From assembly GCA_003693705.1 (NCBI GenBank), contig RBZT01000468.1, forward strand, positions 1 through 56,324: a DNA stretch of 56,324 bases, read 5' to 3'. Positions 1-13,528 of this stretch are shown here, piece by piece. Source of the stretch: Polymyxa betae A26-41. Lineage: Eukaryota; Protista; Endomyxa: Phytomyxea. The stretch's first letter is position 1; each line of letters starts with the position of its first letter. The notes beneath the pieces were generated by a model. It did not search any database. It was not told the DNA's origin and worked only from the letters and a program-made list of their open reading frames with translations. The position numbers and the translations under genes were made by a program.

Positions 1-260
1 CCATCTTATTTCACATACAGTTGCTGCCCTTTATCTCATGTAGATCCTTCCTGTTCCATTCCCAATCGTATATTCGAATTGGATCATCACAGAACGTTAA
101 TCGCATGGTTCGATGGTTTTTACCATTGAAGGGATTTCTTGAGGGTTTCGACCCTCTCTCGGAATGATAATTGTGAAGCTGAAGTAACACTGTTTATTTC
201 AAATTGAGATGCGTTTCAACTGGTGATTTCGGCATGATCACCCGCCTTGCTTGGTAGATC

Positions 261-621
261 TTAAAGCTTGTGGAATATGGCGACCAGAGCGCTCATAAAC
301 ATGGCGAACAGGGCGTTCATAAGCAGCGAAGGACCTACGCTGGCTTTCTGAATTAGAATAGTAATAGCTTGAACGTTGGAAGGATGTGGATAGCCGTCTG
401 TGCAACTATACAAATGCAGAATCAGAGCCAGAATCGTCTCGGTTCAAGATGCAGATTTACTCTGGAAGAGCGGACAGAGGCTGTATCATGGAGAGCAACA
501 CGGTGAAGATGGCGACTAATAGCAGGCCGTGTAATCGCTGACCCGCCCCGGCGATTATCGGGAGATAGGTAGACTCCCCTTGCGTTGATCCAGGACAAGA
601 ACAGCCGAAACAATTCCCCAT
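261..621 (-). CDS. Small (~101 aa) putatively lipidated membrane protein, 2 exons
   Basis: ATG at 621. A GT-AG intron at 406-460 restores the frame to TAA at 261-263. Protein MGNCFGCSC...LLLVAIFTVLLSMI...LLMNALFAMFMSALVAIF HKL* has an N-terminal MGxC motif and two hydrophobic segments. Confidence 0.6.
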
Positions 622-1454
622 ATCGATCTGATTGAGTCTGAGAGTACAGTAACAGAATAGAATAGAGGAATGAAGGCGGATAGAGATGTCGACTGTCGGC
701 ACAGCGGCGCGGAGTCCGTACCAAATTCTTCCTCTCTACTAATATAAAGCCGCGCTATATATAGACCATAGACGGACTTGCCGCGCAGAATCTCATGCAA
801 TAACGATGTTGGGAGGCGTATGCAGGGTTTCTATGATGTCACGGGTTCAATTCTTCAACATGTTATCTTTTTTGATTCTGAATGAGGATGAGTTCGGTGA
901 TTACTCTGTGCGATTTCGATGATTTTGCCTGGCACGAGCGCTTTACCTACCTGGCCCAAGATCATGTTGTACGGGAAAATGGCATTTTTTAACAAGTTTT
1001 TGCTTTTATCAGTTCATATTTGCTTTACGAAACGGTATTAGCAGAAGATCCTTACAAGATTGTTTGACAGCTTCAGCCTTTGATAACAGGCCTACCACAG
1101 CCCGGGAACGATGCGGAGATTGCCTGGCAGTTTTGCCTGGCACGCTTCCCAATCAGGATCATATGACGAATATTATGGATAAACAGCGAATTGAATACTG
1201 ATCAATGCGCCTGATTGATTGTCATGGTTTAAAATATTTCAAAAATGCCAAATAAGATGAACCCCTGACAAGACACCCATACCATATAACCAAAAAAATA
1301 TTCATGATTTTTGGAATTGATTTCCGAAAATAACACGTGATATGGTCGTTTAAAATGAATCATTTTTTTATTCTTCGGCAGTATTTTGAAAGTAAAGAAA
1401 AAATATATTGTACAAACGTTCTCAACGCAAAAACTGATGTGATTGCAATCTCAG

Positions 1455-2107
1455 GAAAAGGAGGAGTCGAGGGCCCTGGATTCAGTTTCGAATGCGTCGA
1501 TCGCTACAATTATTCCAATGAAGAATTATCCACTCTTTGTGCTGTGATAAGCATGCTTAAAAGTAGGTCATATTCATATAGTGGTCAATATATTATTGTG
1601 AGGACTGGGACAGGGCGANNNNNNNNNNNNNNNNNNNNNNNNNNNNNNNNNNNNNNNNNNNNNNNNNNNNNNNNNNNNNNNNNNNNNNNNNNNNNNNNNN
1701 NNNNNNNNNNNNAATTGATGGTAGATGACTCATGAGGCAGCTCGGAAGCTGAACGGAAGTAGTGAATCATGACAATTATCTGAAACGGTTTTCAGGCATC
1801 GGCTCCACGCTGCGGGAAGCAGAACCATTTGTTAGAACTATTATTCGAAAGTCAATGCATGATGAGATTCAAATGTATCTGCAAGGAACTTTGTCTCAGC
1901 CGCTCAGAAAGGCCTATAAACGCGGTTGATATGACACTTTTGCGAATCAGTACTTCTGTTAAATAAGCCGCTTTATTATAGGGAAAGACGATGTTCGGGC
2001 GTGTATGCTACTGTTGAGATGGATAGCTGCTGATTGGTCCAGAGATACTGCAACTGTACAGGATTATAAATCGCATTTGAAAGATAAGGGCGGATCAGTG
2101 GCAGGAT
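1455..2107 (+). pseudogene. Internal fragment of a CYFIP/Sra1 (WAVE complex) gene, 3 exons, truncated at both ends
   Basis: Spliced translation FECVDRYNYSNEELSTLCAVISMLKS/IGSTLREAEPFVRTIIRKSMHDEIQMYLQGTLSQPLRKAYKR/GKDDVRACMLLLRWIAADW resembles the CYFIP segment recalled as YERATRYNYT..E...L.EVIAMIKG...LREPLR.AIK...I...DW. Flanking CYFIP exons were not seen. Confidence 0.7.
1619..1712. other. Assembly gap (94 N)
   Basis: Run of n characters. Confidence 0.99.
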
Positions 2108-2938
2108 TTAAAACATTTGCGTAATCGCCCTTACAACATTTCCATTTTCAATGATTCCCCGTACATGCAGAGCTGTAGTAAACGCGATTTGTTCCATGAT
2201 CGCATCATTCGCCTCTTGAGATCTTGATCGACCTTCAGTATGGTCAGGGTTAAGCCCTAGTTGAAATGTATTATCGACCCGTATGTAGCCGGGTAGGCTC
2301 GACCATGATCAAGAGTCAATATTTTCGTCTTCTTGCGGAAGCGGGCAAAGCGCCCAGATCGCGGACGCTCTAGCTTGATCTGACCATTAAATTGTGCTGT
2401 CGCCAACGTCACAATGAAGGCGTCTTCCGAAACCGGATTGATAGTAAGACAAGCCCCGACAGCACCAAATGATGCAGAAGCGGGCGAAAACGCTAAAACC
2501 GGTACAGTTGTCGCTGTGTTGAAGGAATGCCCATTGACCAGGCGTAATTTTCGTATTTGTCGACCGCCAGCTATACCATCAACGTTGATATCGACGCGGG
2601 TGACCTGAAATAATCGGATGGTAGGCTCTTCCACAGCGTCCCGAACCATAAGGAAAGAGAAATCACCAGCAGGCTGGGAGCTCATGTTTAGAAATGAAAA
2701 ATGTAACTGATTGCAAACAAGTCACCTTCCTATCTTCGAACTGTTCACGAGTGACTTTGGCTGAGTTGGAATCCGTTGCGACCTTTCGCCTAACCGTCTC
2801 AGCATTGTAATCCGTTCGCGCTGTGGCAGTGAACCGCGTATTCGCTTCTGTAACGTCGGTCGGAAGAGCTGACAAGCAATTGCTGCATTGTTTATAAGCA
2901 GGGAAGAAGTTGACTTGCACATCCATGGGGAAATTCAT
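2108..2938 (-). CDS. Hypothetical protein, ~3 exons; may be the 3' part of a decayed larger gene
   Basis: ORFs 2663-2938 and 2257-2685 plus a last exon (LNPDHTEGRSRSQEANDAIMEQIAFTTALHVRGIIENGNVVRAITQMF*) ending at TAA 2108-2110. The upstream 2950-4150 region has coding-like stretches broken by stops. Confidence 0.4.
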
Positions 2939-4637
2939 CGTCTCTTAAAAATGTATGAATAGTGTGTTGCAGTCTCCGACAGCTTTCTTGCATCAACGGA
3001 CAATTTCAATAATCAGATACTCTTCCAGCAACTCTTCTGTTACAAACGTATTCGATTTTGATTTCAATATACCACAATGTGAAAACTACCAACCATCATC
3101 GCCTTCCGCCCATCAGGATTCAGCATGCAGCTCCGCCTGACCATCTTCTTTAGGCGTTTAGCTGCAAAAGGATTTCTACCAGTTTTTTCAGCTTTGGACA
3201 AAATACTTCAATGATTTTTTTGTTAAAATGCTGCAAACTCATGAAGCTTTGCACTTTTCTCTTTAGAAAGTTCTAAACAGAAATGAACAGTTTCAAAAGC
3301 GACAGATTTTAACTTTTGATGAATGTCTTTTCCATATATTATTATCTGCTTCGTTTTTCATCATCGGCAATGCCTTAGAGCAGCTTCTAAAGCAATATGT
3401 CATGATTTTTAAGCGAACCGATTTCCTTAACAATAGCTTGCATCTCTGAAGACATGCTCTTCCTCAAGACAGATTTATAGATAACAATATGACCAGGACC
3501 TCGTTAAAGAGCGTTTGAAAGGCAGATAGATCAGCGAACTTGTCTGAAGGCCCTAGAACTCGTTTGATAAAGAGATTCGCCATATCGATTAAATATAATA
3601 CCGATTAGCTCAGCGTCTAAAGAGACCGAAGTTTTATCCGTTTTCGACCCAGAAAATGTTGAAGTTCCCTGACTTTACTCATTAGAAGAAACTCAAAGAG
3701 TCGGCGAGCCGGATGACGAGGACAGATGAGGGATATCATATTCTCAATCTGGGTTCATCCAACATGTCTCCCCACGACCGAATTCAACACGATTCAGGAA
3801 AATGATTTGTTATTGACATGACCTCATTAGAGAGTTGGTCATTTCTATCTCCTAACGTAGCTTAACCGACTATACATGAAACTTGTTCGTGATTGTAGAA
3901 CCGCAAGATCAGCTTCCAGATTGGCCGCATTCAGGTATGTCAGACAGCGTACTTCTGAACGCCTTGTAGGCGCTCACATTCAGAAAGCGAATTCGGTAGT
4001 CGGATTTGCTCCCAGTCGTTGATGGACGATGGATTTGGCGTCCTTGATCGGCCTGTTGGCGATTGTTGGAACTGTTTCGGTTTATTGCTTCAGAGGGATG
4101 ATCGAGGTCCATACTGAGCATGGGAGAGCTGGTTAGTTGCATCATCGATCGTGATGCGTTCATGTCGAAAGCGTCTGAGGATAGATCGGGGATCTATACG
4201 AGTCCGGCACACGACGTGGGTCGAAATTGGGTCTAATTTTGTTCGCGAGGTCCAGCCCCAAATCGGTATCGGCGGGAAATGGGATGCTATGGCGAACTGG
4301 GTTGATAAGGAAAGATCATTCGTATACTGTAGCTAGGCCTCAGTCAGCCTCAAACCCTAGAACCCTGATAAAACCCGCATTCATGTCCAACAATAAATTT
4401 CAAATCTTCGAAAGGTCGTCGCTTCGGTGTCAGCGACTTTCTCTAAAAAAACGATGACAATGACATTGTCGCTGTAGAGGAAGTGTCGTTGCGAAAGAAG
4501 CCCGACCTTGTCTTCATGGTCGATGACGAGTCCAAAGTCGAGGATATTTCCGATCAACTTTGACCAAGATTCAAAACATCGGCGATAGCGAACAATTCAT
4601 TACTAAGACCCTCAGGTGCTCTCAGGTTTTGTATAAA

Positions 4638-7600
4638 TCAGCCGAAGAAACTTTGGGACTCGGAATGTCCAGCGAATGCTATCGACAAACTAAGGCTCAA
4701 AGATTCCATGTACCTGAAGGCAATATATTACAATAATTTGCAGATGATTGACAGCTGCAAGGCTTTATAAATTAAGTTCATAGTATGAGGAATCAACTGA
4801 AATGTCAGATTCGGCAATGGTTTGATCGAACATGGTCGACTCGCGAACCGACATTGTTGTATTGGTATCGCCGTACGATCCCGAATCCTAAAACAAAAAA
4901 GTCAAGGTCTCATAAGATTCTAAATCCGATCAATACGCACCAATGCTGAAAGATCGGTATCAAGCCTGGAGAAGCTACCCGGATCTAGTGTCGATAGAAT
5001 AACCCGATCAGGTGGTTGTTGGGCCAACGAGCCATTCGATCGAACAAAATTGTCCAGATCTGTTTCCACACAGATTCGATCGATCGAGATGCTAAATCCG
5101 GACAGAAAGTCGGCCAGCTGCTGACTATAAAACCTGATGAATGCAGCTAAAGGCTTGATAACATAAGACATCAAGATAACAGTTTTACGTCTGGTGTTCG
5201 CAGTGAGTGGTAAACGCCCATTTGACGGCATTGAATCTCGTCGTATTGATATTTTGAAGTGATTGTATGTGGGACTTCGTCATTGATGTGTACGACGAAA
5301 GGGCATCTTTCAAAGAGACGGTGGCATGATCGAGGGCGCGCTGCGTCCTCTCTGCAACTTCCACCGCCGAGTCCATTCGTTGCCGCGGGCTTCTAGCTGG
5401 AAGCCTGCCTTGAATCATCGTCGCTATGAACGATTGCCTCCTCTCTGATTAATGAATCAATGTTATAATATGTCATCTGAGGAATATATTTCCAACCATG
5501 ACCGGCTTTCTCTCGTTCTTGATCTTTCTCGTTCCTCTGCGATATCTTCTCCATGGTCTCCACCGCTTTTCGGTAAGCCGACGAGATATTGTTGAAGTTC
5601 GCTTCCACACTTGCAATTCGTTTGTAGGCCGCTTGATGCTGCAATGATTATTAACAGAATTAACCGCGACTGGCAGAGGAGACCTACCTGCTGCACAATA
5701 TCGGTGATATTTGTCTTGATAATTGATTTCTAGAAAAAACAATATGAAAACCAGGTCTGCAATAATATGTATCGGACTCACTTGTCTCTTTAATGATTTT
5801 GAGATCTCCTTCATTCTGGAGCTGCGTTCATCGATGCAGTTTCCCATACATTCAGTCTGTACTGTATCAGTTCGGAAATCCGAGTATGATGACAAGGCGC
5901 ATAACCGTTTTTTGCAATTGAATGAATGAGCCGACAAGCGATGAGTATTTTAGCGATTGCCCAAGAGAAGAGAAATCCCATGGGTACTTCCGCAAAACCC
6001 GAACGAAGCCATCGTCGATAACACTCGCTTCCTGTGCTGAAATTGAGGCAAGGCTATTTGTTTCATTTAATGCAAATATTACTTGAAACAGAGTAATCAA
6101 GAATCGCAGCGAACCGATTCCTTTCAAACTCTTCGAATGGAAGCTATCAAATTCGGCGCTATCCAGTTGCTGTTTAATGGTCGATTCTTCTCCATGCGAA
6201 GGTCTTTCCTGACCAATATGTTTATTCTCCACCTAAAACCATGTTTAATTATCAGCAGCAAGAATATCTTCATCTCACCGAAATAATGAACTCTCGCAAA
6301 TCATTCTCTGTATCGATGGTTTGCACCATCCGCTCCATCCGTTGAAGGCAATGTCGCGAGGCCTCATTTTGTGCCTGAAGATGGGTGTAAATGCCCTGTA
6401 AAATCTTCTTCGTGCTGGTGTAATGACGAAGCATGCAATCCTATAGAAGTGGTTAATGTGACCAACATCGAATGAAAGATTCAGAAACCTGAGCGAAGCG
6501 CAGAAATACGCCCGTTGCGACTTCATCCTTCAGAAGCAGATGTTCTCGGTGACGTTTTACCCTCAAAACCTCATTATCTGCGAAAAGCGATGCCTTCTGG
6601 CATGAAAGGAAGTGATCGACCTTCACCACAAACATTTAGTTGACATTCCACAGCATATTGTAAATCATACAATGGATTGAAACTCGTTTTGGTCGGGACA
6701 AGTATTGAAGTCCAGATTACGATTCAGATTCTCTTTTGAAGACAGAAAAGCACTTGATTTGAGTCGCTTCTGTTCAAGCGCGTGGTTTGCCTCATTGTTA
6801 ACATTGACGATCTGTTTCTCCATTTGCGATCGATGTCTGTTGAACATCACTCGAAGTTGTTTACCCTCCGATCTGTCACGAACGTTAAGCATTACAAACT
6901 TCTGAGAACCTGGCAGACAACACCTGATGACATCGAGAACGGCAACTGCTTTCTTTACAAATCTCGCGGTATTTCGATTGGCATCGGATTCCGCAATGAA
7001 GGCGTCCAACAGAGATAGCCACGATTGTTGTATAGGTTCGTTGTTGAAATATTTACTTGATGACGACTGATGCGAAGAAATCGTTTTCCGCAGCTGCTTT
7101 GATGATGATTCAAAAGCCTGTACTATTCCCTAACATTTCGTCAGAACGCTTTTCAACGTAACGGAGCCAGCAGAACCTCGAGGACAGTAAAAATCTGTGT
7201 CAGAACACTTTTCGAAGAGTGCAAGAAGTCATAAGTTCGACGAAAGCCTTCGGTTCCCCACCTGTTGATACAATGTCAAATCCAACGCCCAGATGCTGTC
7301 AATAACGCTGTACATGTCAATAACGAACGATCTTGGTCGATCATTAGACAGATAATAGTTGCGGATAATGGCAGCCGCGTCTTCCGATGACAAATTGCCA
7401 TCTTCATCGATAACAGCTGAAGGTTTGCTGCTGGCTCGAGACGACTCTCCAGTATTCATCGGATCATTGAACAGATCCAGGTCATCATCAAGCTGGAGCT
7501 GTTGAGCTGCTAAGATCTGCAATTGCGAAACATTACAAAGCGTGTCGGAGAAGATGGAGTTCTTGAAATCGAGAAGTGCAATTAGCGAGGCATGAAGAGT

Positions 7601-10080
7601 CGTCATTCTATAAACCAGGCATGTAATTAGATGAATCAGGTGCTGTATGGATCAAACCTCTTCTTATTCAACTCTCTACAATCCGATATAACAATGGGAA
7701 GGCGGGTTTTCCATATTTCGGCATAAACACGAAGCTGCTCTTCAGCCGCGAGGCGCTGTATTTCAGCAGATAAAAATTCGTTTTCGAACTCGTTGGATAT
7801 ATTCGGTGGATCTGCAGCTACAAACTTCGGTCAAGAACACAATCGAATGAGCATACTGACCGACCTGGTGCATTTGATAGTTTCACAGAGCGGCTAGAAA
7901 CATGCCCTTTGTTGGTTGCCAGTTTCTGACATGCCAGAGTTCTTTTATGCGTCAGATGCTGGAACTGCTGGACGCTAGAAACATGGGCAGTGTCTGCTTG
8001 ATGAATTAATGCATCAAGACAGTCAGCTTCGGAAAAGAAGGCTGAGATCAAGTTCCGGATTTCCTGAATGTCCACACTGCAAAATGCTATTCAGACCAGA
8101 AATTCTCCAGGCAAAATGCTTCAGATGTACCACAGCGGCACCAGGCAGACGGACCGAAACTTGGCTAGAAGCTCGGACCAATGCTCATTTTCTGCAGAGG
8201 CGTATTTCTGAATCTCCGACCAGAATGCATTGACGGAAAACAAGCAGGCAGAGTCTGATGTTATAGAGCCTTTTCTTCCGTTGGCGGACGATTTTTCTAA
8301 CGAACTAAATTGATTATAAGCGAGCTCGACGATTTTTTGAAACGACGATGCAAATTCAACAATCTGTATCAAAGCGATCGTCAGCAAGCGTAACAGCCTG
8401 TATAATCCAGAAATTCTAACCTGATTAGACAAATGATCAAGCGAAACCGATTTTTCGCGAATCGAATGCAGCTGCGAGGCAAACTGTAATCGTTCGTCTG
8501 AAAATTCGCGATTGATTTCGACCATTGTTAGGCGCTGAAGAGCCTGGAATTGCTCGCGTAGAGTCAACGTTCGTTTCAGTGGGATCTGTTCCATTGAAAT
8601 TGCTCCTTCTTCTGAGTCGCGCGATATGGGTGCAGGTTTAACCAGGCTAGGTGACGCCAGAGGATGAAATGAAGGCAAGATCGAAGCTCGAATGTTTTCT
8701 GGTGAAAGTTGAAGGTGCGGTCTTTGGATGAAGCAACAATTGCCAAACCTTCCGTTGGCAGTTGAACTTGTAGAGATGGTTGGCTCGATGGTGGGTCGGG
8801 ATGGCCAACAAGTTCTATATGGAAAGTTGTAAGAACGTGTGTAGACCATGGCAGTTCATACCATTGATCTCCGTTTCGCTCACAGAATCCAATGCCTCCT
8901 CAGTTTCACCAGCACGCATTGTGTCGATTTCATCATTGAGTTGATCGTTGATATCATCCTGATCAACATTTCTGAAAATCATCGTAGTCTCCAGACAATC
9001 AGGCTCAGAATCCGCCCTCCTGTCGGCGATAAAGAGCGTGGGAGAATCTGGAAACGGGCGATCATCGGTTTTTATCTGAATTGGAGCTGGCGATTCGGGA
9101 AGAATGTAAGGTGTCCCTTCATCAGAGCTTTGTGATGCCGTTGGCGTAATTTTACCTTCGTCGTTGTGGTCAATCTCGAAGATAGCTTGCGATAGGAGCA
9201 CTGGTAAGGAAGCATCTTCGCCAAGTCTGTCTACTTCACTAGAAGCAATTTTGTTCCGAATTCGTATCAAATCCGATTCAAGCTCGGTTTGAACTTCATT
9301 GCGGTTAGACTTGACAACAGGACTTCCAACTGTTGAATTTCTCAACCCTTCAACAGGGATATTCGATGATGGACTTTTGTTATCAAATAAAACTGAGCTC
9401 GAAGGATTCTGATTTTCAGTTGGTTTACCGAAAGTCGCATCATTTTTCGCGAATTCCTTTTGTCTGAATTGATCATCGGTGGTGAGGCTGCCATCCTTCG
9501 AATTTTCGGATGCTTTCCTTAAATGAAGTTTGTCGATAGCAGGACTTTCAATGCATATATTCTCTTTTTGCCTTTCTATTTCTAACTCAACTCCGACATC
9601 TCCCTCAATACCAAAATCGAATGTAGGCATTATGCCAAAGATCAGTGACCGTAAATAAGTCAAGTCGGCTGAATGCCGAGGATGCGGTGGTGCTGGCAAC
9701 TCAAAGAACATCATTTTTTAAAAATACGGTAGCGAGTAGAGATGTCAGCAAGGGATTTCAACACAGCGGTCCAGAAATTGAACTCTAGCACCGGCAGCGA
9801 GTGCTTTGTTCGAAATGGTAGGAATGAGACCAATGGGAGTCTCTTTAACGAGAAGTATAAGAGGGCTGGCAGAGGGGGATGCGGGACCCCCTTTGGAGAT
9901 ATTGTCACCTAATCATCGGACAGCAACCATACAAAGTCACCGTTCGCTGCTCACCAGCTCGTGCCGATTCATGGGCTGCGCACCTAAACGAATGGCGAAC
10001 CATAGACGAAATCAGATTGTATTTAACTGGCAAAGATCTAGATCAATCCTGGACCAAGAAACATCTCGCTTAGATGCCAT
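4638..10080 (-). CDS. Large multi-exon helical/coiled-coil protein with weak ATG11/ATG17-like features; boundaries approximate, could be more than one gene
   Basis: A chain of minus-strand ORFs (8815-9714, 8121-8849, 7818-8075, 7229-7606, 6665-7009, 5867-6232, 5393-5644, 4920-5231) is separated by intron-sized gaps. The last exon ends SQSFFG* at 4638. It has an acidic low-complexity region and helical segments. The family call is only a loose resemblance. Confidence 0.5.
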
Positions 10081-10166
10081 TATGTTCCTTTCTACGCTCA
10101 AAACTTTCAGAGCATCAACATTAAGGTATCTCGAGCGCACGCTTAGTGGAATTCTGAAATGTAACA

Positions 10167-13100
10167 CTAGACATTGAAAGGTAATTGATCTTCAGCAAGT
10201 CGAGGCGATTGACAACGTATCAAGGCCCGTTCAATAGCGCAAGCGGGAGTCAGTGGTTCCTGAAATTCCAGTACGGTTGAGCATCCAGCTCCTGATAACG
10301 TGTCAATATTGGTCATAACACTCAGCAATGCTTCTAACCGTCACGGACAATATTTGGGACATCGAGCTTGGTCAAGAACATGCGTCGACATCGATACGTT
10401 TTGCGATAACGAAGCAGCTCAGACGCTGGTTCCTCATCAATTGTATTAACCATTGGCTTAAAATATTCAGTGACAACAAAAGATATTTTTGTGAAACTCA
10501 CCTTCCGGTCAACAAGCGCAAAATCGTCATAAGGGGAAACGGAGGTCGATCCGGTTGCTTTAATCAGTTCAAATCCGTTGCCGTTGGATTGCAATAAGAA
10601 AACCCGGGGTACAATCGAATTCTGTAGAGCCAAAGCCACCCATTAGATCGCGTTTCAGTAAGGTGACAGAAATAAACCTTTGTTCCGGAAGGCTCAACAG
10701 GGTTAGCTTTTGATCTGGGAGAACTACTGGCAACGGGCCGTTGAACACCAACGCCATCTGACCCCAACTCAAAATAGCTGCCGTCAGAATCTTGAAGTGA
10801 AAGCGCCCCGTTTGAGAAAATATAGCATCCAGTAATGTGATTCTGAATTCACCTTAAGTGAATGCAGCCAAAGAGATTGAGTGCCTCACCACGTTAGGCC
10901 AGTCTTTTTGAAGCTGGACAGAATTATCCGATGAGAGAATGAGACGGGATGGTGAGCCAATTAACTGAATTTGACCAGAGCTTATCATAAAAGTTGACAT
11001 CCTTGTATCAATCGATATCGCAGGTTGATGTTCAGCAGAGATGTTTATTTGCGCTTATGTCGATATCAGCCCTAATCATATATTCAGATATTAAAGCTTA
11101 CCAGGACTGCTAGGACAGCCTTCGAGAACAATTTCAGCGACACCCGGTACTGCGACAGTTGTTCGCTCTGGAGAGACAGTGATCCTTGTCCAATCGCGGA
11201 AAACGTGAGCATATCGTTCTCCTTTAGCGTAGGCAATAGACATCACGCCATCAGCTCTAGTGGTCACCACATCGCCAGTATACGGATCAGTTTGTCTTAC
11301 TACCTACCCGTATTGAAACAAAAACATAAGCAACGGCATGAGAAAAATTACTTCGAGTGGAACGCAGTCACCCCTTTCACAACGGACGCAGCCGTCGGAG
11401 GTTGTCACGGTCCATGAAGTCGCAGATCTCAATGTCACCACTGTACTGTCCGGGAACATAGCTTCAGACTGCTCTCCAAATCGACTCGTAACGATTCCGC
11501 AAGGATCAATACGCCAGAGCTTTCCGTCATGTCTTTGGCATAAAATGACCCCATCAAATCCGACACTGCAGTAGTTTCCGTCAAAAGCTCTGCAGTATAT
11601 ACGATCTTTTGCTATTTCGACTTGACTGTCATCTTTCACAAACTTGGCTTTAAACGTATTTTGACAAGCCGTAATGAATATCTGTTCCGCTAAAGATACC
11701 CAATGCACTACGTTGCAATTAAGTTTAAGCGATCCCATGACCCCTATGCTCATACAAATTATATTCAAGCGGAGCGATAAAAATTCAGAAATAACCTCGA
11801 TCAGCAGGGAAGAACACAGTGGAATTCCTAATTAAGCGTAAGGCATCGTTTCGTCCCTGAATGAGGGCAGGCTGACGCTGATTTCGAATATTCTCAGGCA
11901 TTCGTTGCCAGCTATCCAAGCCGACGTCGCCACACATAGTCACGTTCCCCGATTTCAAATAGGAGCGATGATTCGGCGAATTGGCGTGCAAAATTAAGCA
12001 TATATAATCGCTATCTGTATCCAAGTAAGCTTTGTCAGAGCACGAGCTAAAGCCTTGATTGGCGAGAAAATTACTAACCAGTTTGTATTTTGATGTCAAA
12101 TGGAACTGGAGATGATCCGTCGAGGTATGACGCGATTACTTCACTCAGATAATCAAAGTTCACGTTTTCTCTCCATATTGCCTGCTTAAACGGATTGCTG
12201 CATTCCCCGATCGATTTCGAGATCTCATCAATACAAGAGCACCTGCGCATAATCAGCCACAACCACAGACAAAGTCATCAGGGATACCACTGTGAATACT
12301 CATCAATACCAGAGGGCAGCGAGAATAATAACTTGCTGCGTTCAGTTACTGGATTCACCTCAACCTACTCAGCGTTACAGATCAAGCGCATGAAATGCGT
12401 ATTGTCAAATTACACGAGAATCAGGCGCATTGACACATGGGACCGGAAAAACTTGATGTCTAAGTCTAATTCCTTCCTCAAAAAACCATTGATTGACTTC
12501 TTGACCCTTCTCATCGACAGTGCAGTGCAGAGCTTGCTGACGTGAAAGGCGGTCAGTATGCGTGATAACCTCTTCAGATGCAGATTCCTCGATCGACAAG
12601 CCTTTGTCAGTTTCCAGTCGTTCCCAGATAGAAGCTAGCTTCTTGTCCAAAGTCGGCGGAGGCAGCTCAGCAGGTTCGGTTTTCTGAATCCAGCTTTGAA
12701 CCTAAGACCCGTCATGGACATCATCTATACCTATGATATGAACATCTAAGAGGGTTCCGCCTACCTGATAGAACATGGCACAGAGAACATGCTCGACTGA
12801 ATGAAACGTAGCTGGCAGTGAGTCCATGAGCTTCGCATACGTATGGGCGCAGCCTGGCTCCATGTCAGGTGTCCAGCTAGGAAGACTGACAATGGGGACA
12901 TCTGAGCGCCACTGTCTCCATTGGCGAAGAGAGCCCAGGGTCTGCTGAACGAGTCCTATCATTTCGAGATCAAAGGGCTTGTTGATATCGATCTGCCCAA
13001 ATCCCAGCTCGGGGATGTTGGCCGAGGCCATGTCGGTTATCGATTTAGCAACAGAGCTGCTCGATGACTCGTCGTAGACGCTCACCACTGCGCTCAGGCG

Positions 13101-13528
13101 GATTCCTTTTTTGCTTAGATCGGCGATATCATTAGGGGATTCGATGATTCCACGTAGCACGACAATCAAAACAATCGGGCTGGGATCAGGATTCTCTGGG
13201 TTATTCAGTAGCTTGTTTAGCGCAGCACGACGGCCAGCGGTTTCCTTATTCGCTCGGTCAGTAAGCGCTCTAGCGAAGCCATCCGGAATTGGATCGTTCG
13301 GATTAAATCGGAAATTTACGCCTTTGAAAACGACTGGATGAATCGTCAGAATCTGAGGATTGGCATCCAGCTGTGAATCGAGTTTTGAAAACTTCTCCAC
13401 TGCGTTTGGTTCCGGGATTACTGCGACAAAAACCGTTTCAACATTCTAATTCACATTTCAAAAACACATCAAACTTCCATGCAGATACTAACGCGCTCTT
13501 GGACAACGCTCTCCGCTGACGTACCCAT
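10167..13528 (-). CDS. PF6/SPAG17-like flagellar central-pair protein (multi-exon, ends approximate)
   Basis: N-terminal YAKLMDSLPATFHSVEHVLCAMFYQV resembles the SPAG17/PF6 Y..LL..VP...SV..ILHCM.EQV motif. Later beta-rich segments (EAMFPDSTVVTL...WTVTTSDG) resemble SPAG17 repeats. Confidence 0.6.

Noticed and set aside
1337-1735. 132-aa ORF spanning the N gap
   Set aside because: Artefact of reading through an intron and the gap. Only 1455-1561 looks coding (CYFIP exon).
4440-4720. Apparent in-frame TGA codons suggesting readthrough or an alternative genetic code
   Set aside because: Explained by the normal stop of the minus-strand gene at 4638. Conserved genes elsewhere use TGA as stop.
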